Below are positions 9,087 through 16,949 of a stretch of 64,000 bases of DNA, piece by piece. The stretch's first letter is position 1. Every line of letters begins with the position of its first letter. Where the stretch lies: assembly GCA_001563335.1 (NCBI GenBank), contig LRSL01000118.1:2-64001 (forward strand), read 5' to 3'. The notes under the pieces were generated by a model. It saw only the letters and a program-made list of their open reading frames with translations. It had not been told where the DNA came from and did no database searches. The translations under genes and the position numbers were made by a program. The DNA comes from Candidatus Thorarchaeota archaeon SMTZ1-45. GTDB lineage: Archaea > Asgardarchaeota > Thorarchaeia > Thorarchaeales > Thorarchaeaceae.

Positions 9087-9934
9087 TCAGAAGTGTCTAT
9101 GTACTTGGCGAGCAGGGAAATATGCTCTATTCCAAAGATTATGCTAAAAGTGAGTCTAAAGCAGAACTGGTTGAGTTTCTGGTCAATCTTACTCATTTCT
9201 TGAAGACTGTAGACCTTGAAGATAAGACAGAGTTCATGAATGTGGCTATTTCACGTATCTTCTTTGCACAGAGAGATAATTTCACGTTCATGTTTGTTGC
9301 TGACAAGGCAGATGATGCAACTCAAATTGAAGAAAAGATGGGGCAATTAGTTGATTCATTTATGCGTGATTTTGCAAACCTAGCTCATGCAAACCAACCA
9401 CTAGATGGTTTTGATGAGAAAGTTGATGAGATTGCTGTCACGATGGTAAAAGTCGCCATCTTGGGGTTTGCAGGTGTTGGAAAAACCACGACACTCCATC
9501 TTCTTAGAGGTGAAACCCTTCCTCTTGTCCATGATCCCACAATAGGTGTATCAATCAAAAAATTACCTGAAGAGGTAGAGAATGCCAACATAGTTCTTTG
9601 GGATCTAGCTGGGCAGTCAAGATTTAGCATCCTATGGGCGAAAATGATTGCTAATGCTCAGGTTGTAATCATAGTCACGGACAGTACCTTAGAGAATGTT
9701 TTGAGGAGCAAGAAGCTAGTAACTCTTGTTAAAGAAGAGGTTCCTGATGCAAAAGTTATAGGTATCGCCAACAAACAAGACCTTCCTACTGCTTTAACAC
9801 CAGAAAGAGTCGGTCAAATTCTTGGAATTCCAACTTACGAACTTGTGGCCATTGACATTTCATATAGAGATAGGCTTATTCAAATCATTCGAAGAGCCAT
9901 CCTTGAGGGGAAGGCTGAAACAAAAGCCGCTTGA
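9083..9934 (+). CDS. Longin-like domain fused to a Ras-superfamily small GTPase
   Basis: The N-terminus MIRSVYVLGEQGNMLYSKDY... resembles the start of AP sigma-adaptin/longin folds. The C-terminal half has G1 GFAGVGKTT, G2 PTIGV, G3 WDLAGQ and G4 NKQD. GGTGA lies upstream. Confidence 0.85.
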   Translation: MIRSVYVLGEQGNMLYSKDYAKSESKAELVEFLVNLTHFLKTVDLEDKTEFMNVAISRIFFAQRDNFTFMFVADKADDATQIEEKMGQLVDSFMRDFANLAHANQPLDGFDEKVDEIAVTMVKVAILGFAGVGKTTTLHLLRGETLPLVHDPTIGVSIKKLPEEVENANIVLWDLAGQSRFSILWAKMIANAQVVIIVTDSTLENVLRSKKLVTLVKEEVPDAKVIGIANKQDLPTALTPERVGQILGIPTYELVAIDISYRDRLIQIIRRAILEGKAETKAA

Positions 9935-10022
9935 TTGAAATCCACTGAATATTCGTCAAGGCAAAGGTTAAGAACTAAACAAGAGGATGTACCACGTAAC
10001 TAGCGCACTTGGGTGACTATAC

Positions 10023-10589
10023 ATGTCCTTTGATATAAGCGCAATAATGGAGAAACTTAAAGAAATCGAAGACTTCGCCGAGAACGTAGCTGAAACCAAG
10101 AAGCTTGCGGATCAATTGGCTGAGAACTTCACGAAAATGAAGATGTCTATCAATCAGACGATTAATGATAGCTTTGCAGAAATAGCCAATCAGATTGAAG
10201 CTCTGAGGCAGAACATGGAGAAAATGGAAAGCGTCAAGACAGATGCCCCAAAAGTTGAGACTCCGGCCCCAGCACCAAAGCCTGCACCAGCGCCGGAGAT
10301 TACGACTCCAGCTCCTGAACCAACACCAGAACCAGTTGTTGAGGTGACTCCTGAACCGGTGCCGGAACCAGAACCCGAACCTGTCGCAGCAACTGAGGCT
10401 GCACCAGCAGAGGGTAGCGACCAGTTGGACTTCCTGCTTCAACAGAAAGATAGGCTGAAAGCTCAATTAACTGACCTGCGTTTTGACTACATGCGAGGGT
10501 ATATTCCAGAGGATGAGTACAAGACAAAAGAATCAGAGCTTGACACACAGCTTGAAGATATTGACAAACAGATTGCTGCCTTAAAATAA
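10023..10589 (+). CDS. Coiled-coil protein with a central Pro/Glu/Ala-rich linker
   Basis: 188 aa. Helical heptad ends flank APAPKPAPAPEITTPAPEPTPEPVVEVTPEPVPEPEPEP. Confidence 0.6.
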   Translation: MSFDISAIMEKLKEIEDFAENVAETKKLADQLAENFTKMKMSINQTINDSFAEIANQIEALRQNMEKMESVKTDAPKVETPAPAPKPAPAPEITTPAPEPTPEPVVEVTPEPVPEPEPEPVAATEAAPAEGSDQLDFLLQQKDRLKAQLTDLRFDYMRGYIPEDEYKTKESELDTQLEDIDKQIAALK

Positions 10590-10775
10590 GAAGTTGCAGT
10601 TAATTGTCTGGATGCAGACCCAGTCATAGCTTAGAATAGGGCAAAGGAATAATATTCGAGCCCTACTTCTTCTTTTTGACTAGTCTAGCAATTGCTTACA
10701 GGTAATTTTTGATTCTAGAATCAATATGCCATCGAAACTGTTTAGCAAGGGAACAAGTTGTGTCTATGATGGATT

Positions 10776-11621
10776 TTATTTCTTTTTAGTAGCCGTTTTT
10801 GAACCAGCTTGTGATTCATCAGCTTTCTTCTTGGTAGTCTTCTTCTTCGGAGCTTCCTTCTTCTCAGTCTTCTTCTTCGGAGCTGCTTTCTTCTCGTCCT
10901 TCTTCGGAGCTTCCTTCTTCTCAGTCTTCTTCTTCGGAGCCGCTTTCTTCTCGTCCTTCTTCGGAGCCGCTTTCTTCTCGTCCTTCTTCGGAGCTGCTTT
11001 CTTCTCTTCCTTCTTCTTTGGAGCCGCTTTCTTCTCTTCCTTCTTCGGAGCTCTCTTTCGAGTAACTTTCTTCTTTGGTATCTCTTCTTCTTCTTCTCGT
11101 TCCATTTTAGTTTCAGGCTTGGATGGAATTACCTCCAAAGGTTCGACAATGACCTCTGGTCTCGTGTCTTTGCGTTCCTTCTTTTCACCAGCTTCTCTTC
11201 GCTTTCGTGCAAGTTTGCTTGGTTTTACCAATTCTGGACTTGATGCTGCAGCAAGTGCAAGATCCATCTCCTCAGTAATTACAGGTTCCTTGGGTACACT
11301 AGATGCAATTTCTTCAAGAGCATCAGCAACCACAATTGGAGCTCCACCTTCTCGTTTCTCCAATTCAGACGGTGTAGTGTAAACAACAAACCCGCCTTCG
11401 CGGATATAGGGAACAACTGCTCCCTCTGATTCTTTCTCTTTTAGTATCCTACGGGCAATACTCATACGAATATTGAAACGATGGGCTAAATCATAACAAG
11501 TGACTGATTTTGCTTTCTTGAGGTATTCATCAATACCAGATTGTGTATCAGGTTTTGGAATTGCATCTCGAATAACTCTCTCTGTCTTTACGGCTGATTT
11601 GCCCCACTTCTTACGGCTGAT
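10776..11621 (-). CDS. Ribosomal protein eS25-like winged-helix domain with a long acidic/Lys-rich repeat tail; non-canonical start
   Basis: The frame is open to 11645, well upstream of the tracked ATG at 11465. The extended product reads SRKKWGKSAVKTERVIRDAIPKPDTQSGIDEYLKKAKSVTCYDLAHRFNIRMSIARRILKEKESEGAVVPYIREGGFVVYT, which matches the eS25 pattern (KKW-K ... ARR-L-E ... VYT). No ATG, GTG or TTG is present upstream. AGGAGAG lies 8 nt before the ATC at 11621. Confidence 0.6.
   Translation of the reverse strand: MSRKKWGKSAVKTERVIRDAIPKPDTQSGIDEYLKKAKSVTCYDLAHRFNIRMSIARRILKEKESEGAVVPYIREGGFVVYTTPSELEKREGGAPIVVADALEEIASSVPKEPVITEEMDLALAAASSPELVKPSKLARKRREAGEKKERKDTRPEVIVEPLEVIPSKPETKMEREEEEEIPKKKVTRKRAPKKEEKKAAPKKKEEKKAAPKKDEKKAAPKKDEKKAAPKKKTEKKEAPKKDEKKAAPKKKTEKKEAPKKKTTKKKADESQAGSKTATKKK
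10840..11052 (-). repeat. In-frame tandem repeats of about 27-30 nt encoding KKAAPKK(D/K)E / KKEAPKKKTE
   Basis: The unit cttcttcggagc[ct][tg]c[ct]ttcttctc recurs at least 7 times on the + strand, inside the eS25-like CDS. Confidence 0.8.
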
Positions 11622-11679
11622 AGTAATTACTCTCCTAGATACCTGTTACTAGGCTCACGGCGGAAAACTTGAGTTTGAC

Positions 11680-11686
11680 TTTTAAA
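11680..11686 (-). promoter_or_regulatory. TATA-box-like element upstream of the eS25-like gene
   Basis: The minus strand reads TTTAAAA about 60 nt upstream of the proposed start. This would give a ~30-nt leader containing the SD. Confidence 0.25.
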
Positions 11687-11734
11687 GATGCTCATTGCTC
11701 GCTTTTTTAAAATGGAAATGGAGCAATAATAACT

Positions 11735-12397
11735 TTGAACAAGGTCCAAGAGATCCCTATATTAATCGAGAATCTTGTTTCATTTGCATATCCTGAACTT
11801 CAACAATCGAGTATATCCATATCATGGGGAAAAACATCAAGTTACGCTCAGATTCAATGGAATCGCTCAAAGGATAATATTTCAATCAAGATTAGTAATG
11901 ATGTAAAAATCTGGCATGAGGCAGGGATAATTGGATTGATTTCACACGAACTCAGCCATCCAACACAAAAAGGAAGAGTTCTGAGCGAATTCAAAACCGA
12001 TAATGACGTAATATCTCGAGGTTTAGGACCGTACTTAGCTATCGAGAGATTGTTTGCTGGGAAGTATATTGACCATAGGATAATTAATGGGAGGGATAGA
12101 TATCTTGGATATAGATCAATCCGAAACCAACTTACAAATCTCGAAACTCAACAGCTAGATACACTTCTATCTAGAATTCAACTGGCACCAGCAAAACCTC
12201 ACATCCCAATTTGGCAAAGTCATGACACAGTGATAATTAATGATGAACACAGAAGCAATATTACTATCGAAGGTCATCAGTTCTTATTGCCAAATAACGT
12301 TCATGATCCAGATATCAAATTAGTAGAACGAAATAATATCACATTAATCTATGCTGACGATATTTTGGTAGGAGAGTACCCTGTCAAAGATGTCTGA
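11735..12397 (+). CDS. Hypothetical protein with an HExxH motif (putative Zn-metalloprotease-like)
   Basis: 220 aa. TTG start with GGAG 11 nt upstream. HELSHP is the only recognisable motif. Confidence 0.5.
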   Translation: MNKVQEIPILIENLVSFAYPELQQSSISISWGKTSSYAQIQWNRSKDNISIKISNDVKIWHEAGIIGLISHELSHPTQKGRVLSEFKTDNDVISRGLGPYLAIERLFAGKYIDHRIINGRDRYLGYRSIRNQLTNLETQQLDTLLSRIQLAPAKPHIPIWQSHDTVIINDEHRSNITIEGHQFLLPNNVHDPDIKLVERNNITLIYADDILVGEYPVKDV

Positions 12398-12413
12398 TTA
12401 CGTTGTCATGTAT

Positions 12414-13697
12414 TTAGAGGTCCTTCCTTTTTGAGATCTTTAGCTTTTGCTCCAGCATTACATTACTTTTTGGGGGAATATCTTCTTGAACAACACATCC
12501 TGCTGAAATTATACTGTCCTCTCCAATCCTTGTAGCAGGGTAAATCGATGCATTGACACCAATAACAACATTGTCACCCACAATTGCTCCAAACTTGCTA
12601 AGAGGGACTTGCACTTTCTTATCCTCTTGTGTAAGAAATAGTGGTTCACTCCCAGGGCGCCAGTTCCATAATTGAGCACCTGCTTCAATGCATGTGTCAG
12701 CTCCAACTATTGAGTCTGCGAGATATGTCATTCTACCAACATTGACCCTCTCAAAAACCATGCTGCTACGCATTTCAACTGCATAGCCAATTCGTACACT
12801 ATCACAAAGACTACTGTAATCTCGAATAAGCGAGTTGTTACCTATGTAGACATTCTTTCCTATGTATATTGGACCCCTTAGTGTTGTGTTTGGTCGGATG
12901 ATACTACCTTTATCTATAAAGACGGACCCTTCGATAACCACGCTTGAATGTACATCTGCAGATTCTGATATGAAACTGCCTTTGCCCTTGAGCATACGAT
13001 CCATGACTATCCGATTTGCATTTAGAATATCCCAAGGCCAAGTAAATTCAGCCCATTCTTTCTCCCAGACAGTGGCTGAAACTTGATTACCATCTTTTAT
13101 AAACTCCTCAAAAGCAAGTTCCATTGCACGATGCTTTTCGAGGAGCGGTAGCACATTAGTATCGAAAACAGAGACTCCCGCCACTGCATAGTTACTAACA
13201 TATCTCTCAGGACCGCCCTTCTCTACGAATTTTTCAACAATCCCATTAGGACCAATTTTTACAGTTCCAAATTGTTCAGGATTAGAAACAAGAGTCACTA
13301 GGAGGGTAACAGCGCTCCCCATAGTCTGGTGGTTGCTAAGTGTTCTTGTGACCATTTCAGGTTCTACCAATACATCGCCATTAACAAGCAGGAATTCTTC
13401 CTCGCCATTAAGCTCCTCTTTTGCGGTTAGAATTGCAGATTCTGCCCCTTCTTGTTTGTGCTGAATCATATAACGAATTCTAATTCCTTGTTCTCCACCC
13501 ATCTGGAAGTGATCGATTAATTCTTCACGTCCATGACCAACAACAATGATAATATCACGAATATCGTTTTCAACAAGACTATCGATTATGTATTGTAAAA
13601 CTGGATGTCCTGCAATCATCAACATAGACTTAGAGCGATTTGATGTGAGTGGTCTGAGTCGTTGACCTTCCCCAGCAGTTAGCACTAGTGCTTTCAT
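12414..13697 (-). CDS. Sugar-1-phosphate nucleotidyltransferase with a C-terminal left-handed beta-helix (GlmU/archaeal bifunctional type)
   Basis: N-terminal LTAGEGQRLRPLT nucleotidyltransferase signature. The C-terminal ~170 aa carry hexapeptide-like repeats ([LIV]G...). Confidence 0.85.
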   Translation of the reverse strand: MKALVLTAGEGQRLRPLTSNRSKSMLMIAGHPVLQYIIDSLVENDIRDIIIVVGHGREELIDHFQMGGEQGIRIRYMIQHKQEGAESAILTAKEELNGEEEFLLVNGDVLVEPEMVTRTLSNHQTMGSAVTLLVTLVSNPEQFGTVKIGPNGIVEKFVEKGGPERYVSNYAVAGVSVFDTNVLPLLEKHRAMELAFEEFIKDGNQVSATVWEKEWAEFTWPWDILNANRIVMDRMLKGKGSFISESADVHSSVVIEGSVFIDKGSIIRPNTTLRGPIYIGKNVYIGNNSLIRDYSSLCDSVRIGYAVEMRSSMVFERVNVGRMTYLADSIVGADTCIEAGAQLWNWRPGSEPLFLTQEDKKVQVPLSKFGAIVGDNVVIGVNASIYPATRIGEDSIISAGCVVQEDIPPKSNVMLEQKLKISKRKDL

Positions 13698-13764
13698 TGT
13701 GTGTCACACTATCACTACTCAACACTATGAAGCATAAAACTATTGGCTGTGATAAATAATAGTA

Positions 13765-14487
13765 CTAATCAATCAGTTTGAAGTAGATACGTCTCTTTCC
13801 AGCTCCAACATTCTTGGACTTACCAATCTGTAAACGACCAATTTCACGAGTGTTTTTCACATGGGTACCAGCACATGATGCAACATCGAAATCACCGATT
13901 ATAAGAACTCTGAACTCCTGCACCGACTCTGGTACCATCTCAAGATATCTAGTTTGATAGCCGCGGCTTCGTAGAAAAGAAATAGCTGCAGCTCTTGGCA
14001 TAAATCGAACATCAACATCGATGTTCTGCGCCAAAATATCGTTTACATCATTTTCAACACTGCGTTTCATTTCTTCATCAAAAGATTCCAATGGAGAATA
14101 ATCAGCTCTACTCTCTCCGGGTTTGATCATATTCCCCACTGTTACAACATCATAGTTCAATTGGAGATACCTAGAAAGAACATGTTGACAGGTATGAAAA
14201 CGCATACATTCATAGCGTCGAGCCCAATCAATCTCACCGTGTATCTTCTCTCCAACTCTGAAGGGCGAAGCAGATAGAATATGCCTAATCTCATCGTCCA
14301 CTTTTCGAACATCCGTCACTTGAACGGTCCTAGAACCATTAGTCAAAACACCATGGTCTGCTGATTGACCTCCACCCTCTGGATAGAATGCGGTTCTGTC
14401 AATAACTACATAGTTTTCGCCTGATGACTCGACTATTGCATCAAACTCTCTAAGATAGTTATCTCTCATGTGCAGAAGCTCAGTCAT
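13765..14487 (-). CDS. alaX: Alanyl-tRNA editing protein AlaX (AlaX-M type)
   Basis: FYPEGGGQSADHG plus the zinc motifs HTCQH and CAGTH. The start is taken at MTELL (ATG at 14487), which removes the overlap with the upstream gene. Confidence 0.85.
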   Translation of the reverse strand: MTELLHMRDNYLREFDAIVESSGENYVVIDRTAFYPEGGGQSADHGVLTNGSRTVQVTDVRKVDDEIRHILSASPFRVGEKIHGEIDWARRYECMRFHTCQHVLSRYLQLNYDVVTVGNMIKPGESRADYSPLESFDEEMKRSVENDVNDILAQNIDVDVRFMPRAAAISFLRSRGYQTRYLEMVPESVQEFRVLIIGDFDVASCAGTHVKNTREIGRLQIGKSKNVGAGKRRIYFKLID

Positions 14488-14501
14488 AACCGATGTCCCC
14501 G

Positions 14502-15026
14502 TTATGCTTCTCTGGATCGACGAACATTTGTCCATTCGGTCACTGCTAAATCTTGTGCTTTGACAAGTTCTGCCCCCGTTAAATCAACACCAGAGGTTTC
14601 AGCTGCGGCGGATATTATTGCTCGGACTTCAGCTTCATTCTCTTCTTCCATTAGACCTGCGAGAATAGCACTAACTGTATCATCCTGTACCCCTCGTTCT
14701 TTAAGAAATCGGGCGAGAGGTGTATAGGAGATCGGAACATAACCGCTATCAGTTGCAGGTTCAAGACCCAGAGATTTCATCTGGGAATTGAACTTCTTTG
14801 TTATAATATCTTGACGTGAGTTTACCACAGGTTCAATGAGTTCTTTCTCTTTGTCAATTTGTGTAACCATGCGACGCATTTGCTTTAAAACGGGGTCTGA
14901 TTTTGGAGATTTCGATTTTGTCGCGTAACGAGCCCCAGCCAAAATAAGAACCATCACAATTGTAAACAGAAAAATCGGGCTTACTATAAAATCGATGATT
15001 AAATCGATAATCTCTGGTATTTGCAT
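14502..15026 (-). CDS. Hypothetical N-terminally membrane-anchored protein
   Basis: 174 aa with one N-terminal TM helix (IIDLIIDFIVSPIFLFTIVMVLILAG). No catalytic motif. Confidence 0.55.
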   Translation of the reverse strand: MQIPEIIDLIIDFIVSPIFLFTIVMVLILAGARYATKSKSPKSDPVLKQMRRMVTQIDKEKELIEPVVNSRQDIITKKFNSQMKSLGLEPATDSGYVPISYTPLARFLKERGVQDDTVSAILAGLMEEENEAEVRAIISAAAETSGVDLTGAELVKAQDLAVTEWTNVRRSREA

Positions 15027-15122
15027 TCCTGAACGCCTCTCTGATGTTTCTCGTTGACATCAGTATGTTGTTCCTCGTACAATGTTAACTTTAAGGTTAT
15101 TCCTGATGGGACAATCGAGTCC

Positions 15123-16250
15123 TCAACTGCTAAAATGTCGAGCTATTTCAAGATAGATATCAATCGATTGATAGAGTTCATCTAGGGAGATGAACTCATT
15201 TGGTTGATGTGCTTGTTCTATTGAACCAGGTCCACAGATAACATTTAGAATACCAATCTTCGGTTGGAGGACCGAGCAATCTGTTCCATATGTGGCAGTA
15301 CCCATCTTGGGAATCATTCCTGTTACATTTTTCACTACATCTCTTACTATTTTAACTATCTCAGAATCGATTGGAGTGAGCACAGCAGGTTTACCATGGA
15401 TATATTCTACCTTGACTCTTTCTGATAATCCCGCTGATTCGATTCTTGTATTCATTGTCTTAAGCAGTGTATCAGGATCTTGACCTTTGACTATTCGCAT
15501 GTCAAGTTCAGCTTCACATCTATCAGGTACAACATTGATAGTTATCCCACCTTGAATTACACCAATATTCATAGTAGGTTGTCCAAGAATTTCATCGACT
15601 TCGTGAGGATAGGATTCTTCGGTAAGAAGACGTACTGCCTCTATGCAATCTTTAATTGCGTTGATGCCTTCATCTGGTCTTGATCCATGAGCAGATTTTC
15701 CAATAGCAACAACTCTTGACCAGAACATACCTTTTTCGCCAACTAGGACCTGAAGACTTGTTGGTTCAGCGCAGACTCCAAACTTTATCCCATTGAGAAG
15801 ACCACTCTTAGCCACCTCTTCAGCACCCGAGCATCCCAACTCTTCATCAGACGTTGTCAGGACAACAAGAGGCTTTGAATGGCGCTCCTCCGCATAGAGG
15901 ATCAAAGTTTCAGCAAGGGCTGCTACTGGGCCCTTCATATCGCAAGCCCCTCTGCCATAGAGGAGTCCGTTGTCAATATCAGATGAGAAGGGATCATGGA
16001 ACCAATCTTCAAGAGACCCAATTGGTATTGTATCCATATGCCCGTGCATGACGATATCTCCTTTTTGTCCATCATGACTCGAGAAAATCAAATTAGGTCT
16101 CTTTGCTGGTCCAACGGAGGTGCATGATATTCCATACGCTTCTAGATGGCTGCGTAGGATCTTAGCAACTTCTATCTCATTTCCAGGAGGATTTTCAGAG
16201 TTGGTGGCAATGAGCTCTTTCAACAGTTCAAGAACACGGGACTTGTCCAT
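15123..16250 (-). CDS. M20-family metallopeptidase (ArgE/DapE-type deacylase)
   Basis: HGHMDT, GACDMKG and SDEELG metal-ligand motifs, in the order expected for ArgE/DapE. Confidence 0.85.
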   Translation of the reverse strand: MDKSRVLELLKELIATNSENPPGNEIEVAKILRSHLEAYGISCTSVGPAKRPNLIFSSHDGQKGDIVMHGHMDTIPIGSLEDWFHDPFSSDIDNGLLYGRGACDMKGPVAALAETLILYAEERHSKPLVVLTTSDEELGCSGAEEVAKSGLLNGIKFGVCAEPTSLQVLVGEKGMFWSRVVAIGKSAHGSRPDEGINAIKDCIEAVRLLTEESYPHEVDEILGQPTMNIGVIQGGITINVVPDRCEAELDMRIVKGQDPDTLLKTMNTRIESAGLSERVKVEYIHGKPAVLTPIDSEIVKIVRDVVKNVTGMIPKMGTATYGTDCSVLQPKIGILNVICGPGSIEQAHQPNEFISLDELYQSIDIYLEIARHFSS

Positions 16251-16331
16251 CGAATTAAACCCCGAACCAAATTCAGTTCAAATCAATGTTAAGAAAGTTC
16301 CTGAATTTTTGTATAACAGGAAACGGACAAC

Positions 16332-16337
16332 TATATA
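16332..16337 (+). promoter_or_regulatory. TATA-box-like element upstream of the candidate small RNA
   Basis: TATATA is centred ~25 nt upstream of the 5' arm of the 16359..16438 stem. Confidence 0.25.
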
Positions 16338-16358
16338 GGATAACAATAGAATATCAAC

Positions 16359-16438
16359 ATGTGGCATTTCTGTGAGGCGGTTACCCCTGGCTGAGCTTCG
16401 GCGATGACGAGCCAAGAGCAAGCTGAGATTTGCCACAT
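16359..16438 (+). ncRNA. Candidate structured small RNA (terminal 8-bp stem; C/D-box-like internal layout)
   Basis: ATGTGGCA (16359-16366) pairs perfectly with TGCCACAT (16431-16438). The interior reads ..UGUGAGG..CUGA..GAUGAC..CUGA. and is GC-rich relative to its surroundings. It lies in a 700-nt gap. Confidence 0.3.
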
Positions 16439-16514
16439 CTTTTCTTCATGAAAAAACGAATGTCGAATTAAGGCTGAGACCTGCAAATGAAATGCGCAGA
16501 GAATTGGTCACAAT

Positions 16515-16682
16515 TCATTCGCCAAGTTTTAGGATTATCTTGTTCCTTTCAAGAGTGACTCCAAATTCTTGCCCATCGTCATCAAATAGGAAAACATCCT
16601 CCTCCTTGATGAAGACCTTCACAGTCTTCCTCAACTTGCGTGATGGGATGTCGCCCATTGGAATGACATAGGTCTCAGCCAT
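16515..16682 (-). CDS. Small hypothetical protein (55 aa), below the ORF-track cutoff
   Basis: ATG at 16682 with GGAG 10 nt upstream. Product: MAETYVIPMGDIPSRKLRKTVKVFIKEEDVFLFDDDGQEFGVTLERNKIILKLGE. It lies in otherwise empty sequence. Confidence 0.35.
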   Translation of the reverse strand: MAETYVIPMGDIPSRKLRKTVKVFIKEEDVFLFDDDGQEFGVTLERNKIILKLGE

Positions 16683-16949
16683 TTCTTAGAACTCCGACGG
16701 ATGCGTGGTGGTGCGACAGTCTAAGAGGGATGCAAGACTTAAGACTATGATACTCATTCAAGTATATATACGAGCATCCAACATATCGAGCCATTCTAAC
16801 GGTCAGGAAATTGATTCTATGCCACTTTCACGAGGGCTCAATAGAGAAGAACCTCAGAACCAATGAGGTTGAAGTTCCACAGATACATGCAAGATTTATT
16901 CACCTTAACAAATGGCCACGGGATGTATTTTGTGTGAAGTTGACTTGCT

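Noticed and set aside
10726-11382. 218-aa plus-strand ORF made of FFGA/FFSS repeats, and the 149-aa Trp/Cys-rich minus ORF at 10017-10466.
   Set aside because: Both are antisense shadows of repeat-encoding genes (the KKAAPKK tail of the eS25-like gene and the PEP-rich linker of 10023-10589). Their compositions are implausible for real proteins.
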